64,000 nucleotides of DNA, from positions 736,001 through 800,000 of the forward strand of contig CBDATS010000005.1 in the NCBI GenBank assembly GCA_965200245.1, in the 5' to 3' direction. The notes beneath the pieces were generated by a model. It searched no databases. It saw only the letters and a list, made by a program, of their open reading frames with translations, and was not told the origin of the DNA. The position numbers and the translations under genes are program-made. Below, piece after piece: positions 57,928-64,000 of this stretch. This DNA comes from a bacterium. Its GTDB lineage: Bacteria > UBA8248. How positions within the stretch are numbered: the stretch's first letter is position 1; every line of letters starts with the position of its first letter.

Positions 57928-59195
57928 GAAGTTCCCCCGCACGATTCCTCAAGAACCTGAACGATGTATTTCGTGGTTCGTTCAGAAGCGCCCCGGTTGT
58001 TCTCCACCACACGGCGTGCGGCCTCGCCCGCTGTTTTTCGCGCCTTCGGATCTTCCAGCCATTCCATGATGGCAGCTTCCAGATTCTCCCGCCCGTCCAA
58101 TTGAACCGCGCCGCCTTGTTTGACCATCTCACGCGTTACCTCGGCAAAATTCTCCATGTGGGGACCACACAGGCACGGCGCGGCACAGCGGGCCGCTTCT
58201 ATCGGGTTCTGACCCCCATGCGGAATGAAACTTCCCCCTATGATGGCCATCGCCGCACATCCATAGGCGCCCGCGAGTTCTCCCATCATGTCCAGGATGA
58301 CCACCCGATGCCCAGTGTCCGTACTCTCGATGTGACTCCAACGCACGGTAGAGAGTCCTGCATCTCGAAGGTCCGCTTCCACTTGGGCCACCCGATTCAA
58401 GTGGCGCGGCGCGAGAAGAAGGCCGACACCCGGCATTTTCCGCTGAACGGAGGCGAGAACCGATCCAATCAGTTTCTCTTCTCCGGGGTGCGTGCTGCCC
58501 GCCACGATGATTTGCTCGCACGCGCCCAACCCGTACCCACCATGCGGAGGCTCCTGCGGGGACAATGGCGCATCGTATTTCACGTTTCCAGAAACACGCA
58601 CGGCAACTGCGCCCAATCCCGAGAATCGTCCGGCGTCCTCTTCCCCTCGCGCCAGCACGTCCATTACACGCTCGAGAATCGGAGCAAAGAAGAATCGAAA
58701 ACGCCTGTAGCGAAGATATGACCGTTCGGAAAGCCGCCCATTGACGATCGAAACGGGGATGTTGCACCTCGCTGTCTCCGTGATGAGATTCGGCCAAATT
58801 TCCGTCTCAATGATCGCAAGCATCGACGGTCGGATGCGCATCAATGCAGCACGGACGAGAGGAGGAAAATCCAGCGGCAAATAGATGAGTTGCTCGACGC
58901 CCGATATTTTTTTCGCCTCGTTTCTTCCCGTTTGCGTCACCGTGGAAATAACGACCCTGAGCTCTGGCTTTATTCTCAAAAGCGCAGGTACCAGGACAGC
59001 TGCCACGCCCACTTCCCCCACAGAGACGGCATGCAGCCAAAGACGGCCTTCCGCCGAATCAGGCAGTTCGGGAGGAAACCCGAATCTTTCACGAACGGCG
59101 CGCAATTCGAACCCGCGAAGCCACAAACGGACGAAAAAATATACGAGCAACGCCGGAGAAACGAAAAGAAGAACGAGGTTATAGAGAAACAGCAT
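57924..59195 (-). CDS. waaA: Kdo transferase
   Basis: WLHAVSVGE, ETEIWPN, GSTHPGEE, APRH and GGQNPIE motifs. Confidence 0.93.
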   Translation of the reverse strand: MLFLYNLVLLFVSPALLVYFFVRLWLRGFELRAVRERFGFPPELPDSAEGRLWLHAVSVGEVGVAAVLVPALLRIKPELRVVISTVTQTGRNEAKKISGVEQLIYLPLDFPPLVRAALMRIRPSMLAIIETEIWPNLITETARCNIPVSIVNGRLSERSYLRYRRFRFFFAPILERVMDVLARGEEDAGRFSGLGAVAVRVSGNVKYDAPLSPQEPPHGGYGLGACEQIIVAGSTHPGEEKLIGSVLASVQRKMPGVGLLLAPRHLNRVAQVEADLRDAGLSTVRWSHIESTDTGHRVVILDMMGELAGAYGCAAMAIIGGSFIPHGGQNPIEAARCAAPCLCGPHMENFAEVTREMVKQGGAVQLDGRENLEAAIMEWLEDPKARKTAGEAARRVVENNRGASERTTKYIVQVLEESCGGTS

Positions 59196-59202
59196 GAGCG
59201 GC

Positions 59203-59934
59203 CTACTTCCTCGATCTATTCTTCAGGTGGTATTGCGCCTCCTCGCTCGCATGAATCAACCGGTTTTCAATTTCCACGCGCATCTCTTCCAAGGTTCCTT
59301 TGTCCCGGGTGCGGGGAACATCCAGAGGCTCTGCACAGCAAGCAACGATTCTCCCAAACGGCAATGGGAGAATCGTCTTGTCCCACGTGGGGAAGGTGAA
59401 GAAGCGCGACGCCGCGAAAGCGACCGGACAAACCGGATACCCCGTGATGCTTGCCAAGGACACAACTCCCTTTTTCACCCGCTGCGGAGGGCCCTTCGGT
59501 CCATCTGGTGTAATCAGAAGATGGTGTTCCCCCTTCTTTGCCACTCTGACCATCTGCCGAATCGCAGAGGACCCACCTTTATCCGTTCCATCCACAGATG
59601 AGGAAGATCCTCTCACGCAATGAACCTTGAGCCACGCCAGGAACTGGGTCACCAATTCTCCGTCCCGGCTTCTGCTCGCCATGCCCGTGTAGTGATAATG
59701 ACCCGGGAAAAAAAAAGGGACCAGACCCAAATGATGATGCCAGTACGCCCAGATGAATTTTTCATCGAGCCTCAAGCGTATTTTCTCATTCGCTTCCGTT
59801 TTCGGAAAAATTTTCGAGGAGGTAGCTGAAACCGCTTTAAGATAACCTGCGATGATCGCGCCGCCCAACCACGCCGAAAGCGGCGCATCGGGATTCCTGC
59901 CCCATTCATCATAAGCGACCGACTCATCATCCAT
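59203..59934 (-). CDS. DUF374 lysophospholipid acyltransferase family protein
   Basis: WH, SRSRDGE, RGSS, TPDGPKGP and WDK..LP.PF motifs. Confidence 0.85.
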   Translation of the reverse strand: MDDESVAYDEWGRNPDAPLSAWLGGAIIAGYLKAVSATSSKIFPKTEANEKIRLRLDEKFIWAYWHHHLGLVPFFFPGHYHYTGMASRSRDGELVTQFLAWLKVHCVRGSSSSVDGTDKGGSSAIRQMVRVAKKGEHHLLITPDGPKGPPQRVKKGVVSLASITGYPVCPVAFAASRFFTFPTWDKTILPLPFGRIVACCAEPLDVPRTRDKGTLEEMRVEIENRLIHASEEAQYHLKNRSRK

Positions 59935-61114
59935 CCTGTATATCCTGTATTTCAAAACCGAGTTCCGCCGCGATATGCCCTGCTGCGCACGCATAGGGAT
60001 CCTCCCCTTCCAGGGCGTTACGGATTCTGTCGAAATCCCTGATTTGCCTTGCTCTCACGTCATCGTCCAGAAGCACTCCCCTCAATGCGTCCGCAATGGG
60101 CTGCGCGCGCACCTGTTTCTGGTGCAACTCAGGAACCGCCTCGTAGCCAGACAACAAATTCACAAGGCTAATATAGTCCACCTGAACCAGAAAATACTTG
60201 GCCAGCGTATGCGAAAGAATATCCGTCGCGTAGAGAACGACCATGGGCACACCAAGGAGAGCCGTCTCGAGAGAGGCCGTGCCGCTCGCCACAACCACGG
60301 CGTCGGCTGCGCGAATCACCGCCGGGGCGTCGCCCCGAACTACCCGTATCTCGACTCCGGACGTGCGAAGATGCTTCGCAACGTAGTCTTCGGGCAATGA
60401 CATCGCCTCCGAAATGAAAAAGCGCACCCCCGGTATTTGCGTATGGATGAGCTTTGCCGCATCCACCATGGCATTCAGATGAAAGTCGATTTCCTTGCGC
60501 CGGCTGCCGGGGAGAAGCGAGACCACCTTGTCACACATCGCTACGCCGAGTGAGCGACGGGCGATTTCTTTCGAAGGCGCGTTACGAAGCTCGTAGGCGA
60601 TGGGATTGCCGATGAAGAAGGCCCTCCCGCCCAGGTCATTGAAAATCCGGGGTTCGAACGGAAATATGTTCAGGGCCAGATCGAAAAGGTCCGCGATTGC
60701 GCGGGCGCGGCCTCTCCACCACGCCCATACCTGGGGCGTGATGAAATAGATGCTCTTGGGCGGTTGCCGCAGTCTGCGCATCGTACGTGCGCAGGAGAGA
60801 TTAAAGCCTGGATAATCGACGAAAATCACGGCACCCGGCTTGTCATCCTCAATCTTCCGCATCAAGTGTTTCTTGATTCTTTTCAGTTTGGGATACACAC
60901 GGGGAATCCCGGCAAACCCGACAATGGAGATGTCGCCGATGTCGTGCATGAGATCGACACCCGCCTCGGCCATCAATGGCCCTCCCATCCCGTAAAACTG
61001 CAGGTCGGGAATTTCAGCCCGAAGCACCTTCACGAGGTTCGCGGCATGAACGTCTCCGGACGGTTCTCCGGCGAGCACCATGACATTGTTCGCCAAGCAC
61101 TCATCCTTGTTCAT
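59927..61114 (-). CDS. lpxB: Lipid-A-disaccharide synthase
   Basis: AGEPSGD, DYPGFN, PQVWAW, LPGSR and SGTASLE motifs. Confidence 0.93.
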   Translation of the reverse strand: MNKDECLANNVMVLAGEPSGDVHAANLVKVLRAEIPDLQFYGMGGPLMAEAGVDLMHDIGDISIVGFAGIPRVYPKLKRIKKHLMRKIEDDKPGAVIFVDYPGFNLSCARTMRRLRQPPKSIYFITPQVWAWWRGRARAIADLFDLALNIFPFEPRIFNDLGGRAFFIGNPIAYELRNAPSKEIARRSLGVAMCDKVVSLLPGSRRKEIDFHLNAMVDAAKLIHTQIPGVRFFISEAMSLPEDYVAKHLRTSGVEIRVVRGDAPAVIRAADAVVVASGTASLETALLGVPMVVLYATDILSHTLAKYFLVQVDYISLVNLLSGYEAVPELHQKQVRAQPIADALRGVLLDDDVRARQIRDFDRIRNALEGEDPYACAAGHIAAELGFEIQDIQDG

Positions 61115-61931
61115 TTTCCTGCCAACCGACAATGACGATGCCACTTGCGTCGGCTTCCCGCACCAGGCGTTCCCGGTCGATGAGAAATGTTCGCTCCGCC
61201 TCCAGGATCAATACAGAAGCGCCGCCTTCGCGCATCGCCTGAAGGGTTTCAGGTCCCACAGCGGGCACGTCATAGCGCAAGTCCTGCTCAGGACGCGCCA
61301 CCTTGCAGACGACAGCCCCCTTCCCAGCGAGAGCACAACCCCTGCGAATCGCCTCGTTCGTGCCCTCTACGCCTTCCACTGCGGCCACAGTACCCTTGTG
61401 GACCACTACGGTTTGGCCGATGTCCAGGGCCGCGACACTCCGCGCCATCCGAAACGCGTATTGCACGTCTTTTCGCCGACTCCGGCGCAACCTCTTTTTT
61501 GTGATGCTTCCGTGCGGGGCGATGAGATGCGCGAGATACTCCGTCTGGGGAGCTACCCGCATTCCGTTTTCCTCTACGAACTCGATCACGGCGTCCATGA
61601 TCGTCGCATCGGCCGTGTTTTTCGCATTTTTCATGAAGCGCAAAGCTGTCATGTCGAAACGCAGGGACTGAAACAAAAGGCTTTTCTCGACCTTGCCCAC
61701 AAGTCCGATTTCCTCGACACCCTCATCCTTGAAAAAGCGGATAATTCTGTTCGGCTGGGTGGGAGGGATATGGGCGATGGAATCGGCCTGCCCGCAAAGC
61801 ACTTGTTCGACCTCGGGCAACAAGGCCACCACCGATACGCGTTTGCCCCGCCTTTTCGCACACGACACGAACTCCGAAGACAACCCGCCCGAACCTGCGA
61901 CGAGGCCCATTCTATCTAGGGAATCCAGCAT
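61101..61931 (-). CDS. lpxI: UDP-2,3-diacylglucosamine diphosphatase LpxI
   Basis: GLVAGSG, DIGQ, EGVEGT and QDLRYDVP.VG motifs. Confidence 0.9.
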   Translation of the reverse strand: MLDSLDRMGLVAGSGGLSSEFVSCAKRRGKRVSVVALLPEVEQVLCGQADSIAHIPPTQPNRIIRFFKDEGVEEIGLVGKVEKSLLFQSLRFDMTALRFMKNAKNTADATIMDAVIEFVEENGMRVAPQTEYLAHLIAPHGSITKKRLRRSRRKDVQYAFRMARSVAALDIGQTVVVHKGTVAAVEGVEGTNEAIRRGCALAGKGAVVCKVARPEQDLRYDVPAVGPETLQAMREGGASVLILEAERTFLIDRERLVREADASGIVIVGWQENEQG

Positions 61932-61939
61932 GGGAGGCT

Positions 61940-62911
61940 TCAGTAGGTTGTGGCCATAGTGCTTTTCAGCATCTCAACAACGCGAATAGCGACGTCCAGA
62001 GAGCGCAATTCCCTTTCCGGATCGGCGACGACCTCCGATGCCTGCACCGATTGAAGGAAATGCCGCAACTCCAGCTTCAGCGGATTGCCCTTGTGGACGA
62101 ATACTCTTTCCACCTGGAATTGCTCGCGGTATTTGAGTTGCTCCAGCGTCAGTTGGTGCTCGCTCATCGCCTGGCGATGGATTCGGAGTTCCTGATCTGC
62201 ATAATCGAGCGTGATGTACGCATCCGGCTGCGATACCGAGAGGGTCCTGATCTTGTTCTGCGTCACCCGGCTGGCGGTGAGATTCGCCACACACCCGCTC
62301 TCGAAGCATATCTGTACGTTCGCGACGTCGTCGCGATCCGACAAAACGCTGGCGCCTGTCGCCGAGAGTAAACCGATATTCTCATCCACCAACCGTAAAA
62401 CGATGTCGAGGTCATGAATCATCAAGTCGAGCACCACGCCATCTTCGCGCACCCTCTGGGTGAAGGGCCCCAGCCTGCGGCATTCAATCAAGGTGGGGGC
62501 ATCGACGATGTGGCCCAATTCCTGAACCGCTCCGTTAAAGCGCTCGACATGGCCGATGTGAAGAACCAGATCGTTACGGGTCGCCAAGTCGAACAATTTC
62601 CTCGCATCCTTCATGTTGGTGCAAATGGGCTTTTCCACCAGCACGTGAATACCGTTGTCGAGGAACAGGGAGGACACATCGAAATGCTGCAAGGTGGGAA
62701 CCGCGATGGTGACCGCATCGACGCGCCCGATCAGATCGGCCGGGTCGGAAAACGCATCCGTCCCGTATCTATCGGCCAATTCCCCGGCGCGCACGGGAAC
62801 AAGGTCGCAGACAGCCGCCAGTTTCGCCTCCAAAAGCTCGGAAAGCGCGGCCACATGATAACTGCCCATATGGCCGATACCGACGACGCCGACTCGCAAA
62901 GGATCCGGCAT
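61940..62911 (-). CDS. Gfo/Idh/MocA oxidoreductase (GnnA-like)
   Basis: GIGHMG, EKP, GHVERFN, DLMIHD and ASRV motifs; lies between lpxA and lpxI. Confidence 0.8.
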   Translation of the reverse strand: MPDPLRVGVVGIGHMGSYHVAALSELLEAKLAAVCDLVPVRAGELADRYGTDAFSDPADLIGRVDAVTIAVPTLQHFDVSSLFLDNGIHVLVEKPICTNMKDARKLFDLATRNDLVLHIGHVERFNGAVQELGHIVDAPTLIECRRLGPFTQRVREDGVVLDLMIHDLDIVLRLVDENIGLLSATGASVLSDRDDVANVQICFESGCVANLTASRVTQNKIRTLSVSQPDAYITLDYADQELRIHRQAMSEHQLTLEQLKYREQFQVERVFVHKGNPLKLELRHFLQSVQASEVVADPERELRSLDVAIRVVEMLKSTMATTY

Positions 62912-62940
62912 AACCTTTTAACCCCATGAACCAATTATGT

Positions 62941-63723
62941 TTATACGCGACCCTGATAGACGCCGTTCTTCGAACTCCGCACGAATTCTACCACGGAACG
63001 GATTTCCGCTCCTAATGGCACCTGCGCTTCAATCAGCTCCAGCTTTTGCACCACCGTACCCGATTCGTTGAAAAGAATCTTGTACGCCCGTTTTATGTCC
63101 GCTCTCGCATCGGACCCAACACCTCTTCTGCGTAATCCGACCACGTTCAGGCCGACCACGCGGAAAGGTTCACCCGCCATCTTGAGGAAAGGAGGCACAT
63201 CTTTCCTCACCCCGGCGGGACCTACCAGAATCGTCCCTTCTCCGATTCTCATTCGCTGATGCACGCCAATGAAGTTCGAGATAAAGCAATTGTTTCCCAC
63301 TCCCACATGTCCCGCCAGAGAGCAATGGTTCACCAGAATCACCTCATCACCGATGTGGCAATCGTGACCCACGTGCGCACCGACCATGATGTAGCATTTC
63401 TCACCTATCACCGTGTTCTCGCCCTGGCGCATCGACCGGTGAATTGTCGCCGTTTCACGGATGACCGTACCCGCTCCAATCTCCACCCCACCCGAATCCT
63501 GCTGCAAACCGACGACTTGCGCCTCCAGACCGATGGCGGCGTTCGGAAAAATCCGGCACCCCTCGCCAATGACCGCGGGACCCTGAATGATTGCGTTCGG
63601 CCCGACCTCGCACCCGTCTCCCAGAATCACGTCCTCGCCCACAAAGGCGCCACGTCCGATTTTCACGTCCCTCCCGATCTTCGCTTGCGGGTCGATATGG
63701 GAAGTGGGAGCTATGTCGTTCAA
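62941..63723 (-). CDS. lpxA: Acyl-ACP--UDP-N-acetylglucosamine acyltransferase
   Basis: Hexapeptide repeats; IRE..TIHR, HVGHDC, LAGHV, HQ and GLN.VGLRR motifs. Confidence 0.92.
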   Translation of the reverse strand: MNDIAPTSHIDPQAKIGRDVKIGRGAFVGEDVILGDGCEVGPNAIIQGPAVIGEGCRIFPNAAIGLEAQVVGLQQDSGGVEIGAGTVIRETATIHRSMRQGENTVIGEKCYIMVGAHVGHDCHIGDEVILVNHCSLAGHVGVGNNCFISNFIGVHQRMRIGEGTILVGPAGVRKDVPPFLKMAGEPFRVVGLNVVGLRRRGVGSDARADIKRAYKILFNESGTVVQKLELIEAQVPLGAEIRSVVEFVRSSKNGVYQGRV

Positions 63724-63729
63724 GGGGTA

Positions 63730-64000
63730 TCAGGCTTTCGGTACGGCATAGGCGGATAGAATACCTTCGGCGGCGGTTTGGCCCTCCGCAAGTGCCTGCA
63801 CTTCAAATCTCCAAAAAGTCCTTCTGTTTTTCAAAAGTTTCGCGCGCAACTCCAGCAAGTCGCCTGGAACGACGGGACGCCTGAACTTCACCTGCTGGAT
63901 TCCCGTGAAGAAGAATTCTGCGTCGGGTTCGATCAACTCCAACTCGAACAGACAAATCAGACCGGCCTGCGCCAAGGCCTCAATGACCAATACACCCGGC
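63730..64000 (-). CDS. fabZ: 3-hydroxyacyl-ACP dehydratase (5' end outside window)
   Basis: PGVLVIEALAQ and KFRRPVVPGD motifs; directly upstream of lpxA. Confidence 0.9.
   Translation of the reverse strand, partial: PGVLVIEALAQAGLICLFELELIEPDAEFFFTGIQQVKFRRPVVPGDLLELRAKLLKNRRTFWRFEVQALAEGQTAAEGILSAYAVPKA

Noticed and set aside
1-64000. CRISPR array, tRNA, rRNA, integrase or transposase
   Set aside because: No regularly spaced repeats, cloverleaf signatures or mobile-element motifs seen by eye.

Overview
GC-rich Gram-negative bacterial chromosome segment. I found no rRNA, tRNA, CRISPR array, transposase or phage genes. Layout: (i) 1-9.6 kb holds a CoA-transferase, beta-hydroxyacid dehydrogenases, a stand-alone Cache protein, a Slam/T11SS translocon, DUF169, a secreted ankyrin protein and an rpmG-rpmB pair; (ii) 9.6-23.6 kb is a long minus-strand run (cyclodeaminase, AmrB/MEMO1, MFS, amidohydrolase, enolase-superfamily enzyme, addAB, Pht5-like protein); (iii) 23.8-46 kb holds catabolic/redox genes and an ABC importer; (iv) dapA and a DD-carboxypeptidase; (v) 48-64 kb is a lipid A/LPS core cluster. 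The strongest finding is a 192-aa OsmC-like protein that the ORF track splits in two. Its in-frame UGA sits at the catalytic Cys position and is followed by a SECIS-like hairpin, so it is a probable selenoprotein. The ORF track also misses rpmG, the window-edge CoA-transferase and several decayed genes (waaF remnant, LPS GT2, DUF4143 ATPase, a membrane protein, a possible Slam cargo). The ankyrin protein, the pseudogenes and the LPS-core erosion suggest a host-associated, possibly sponge-symbiont, bacterium; that is inference only. All calls come from reading motifs by eye, with no database searches.
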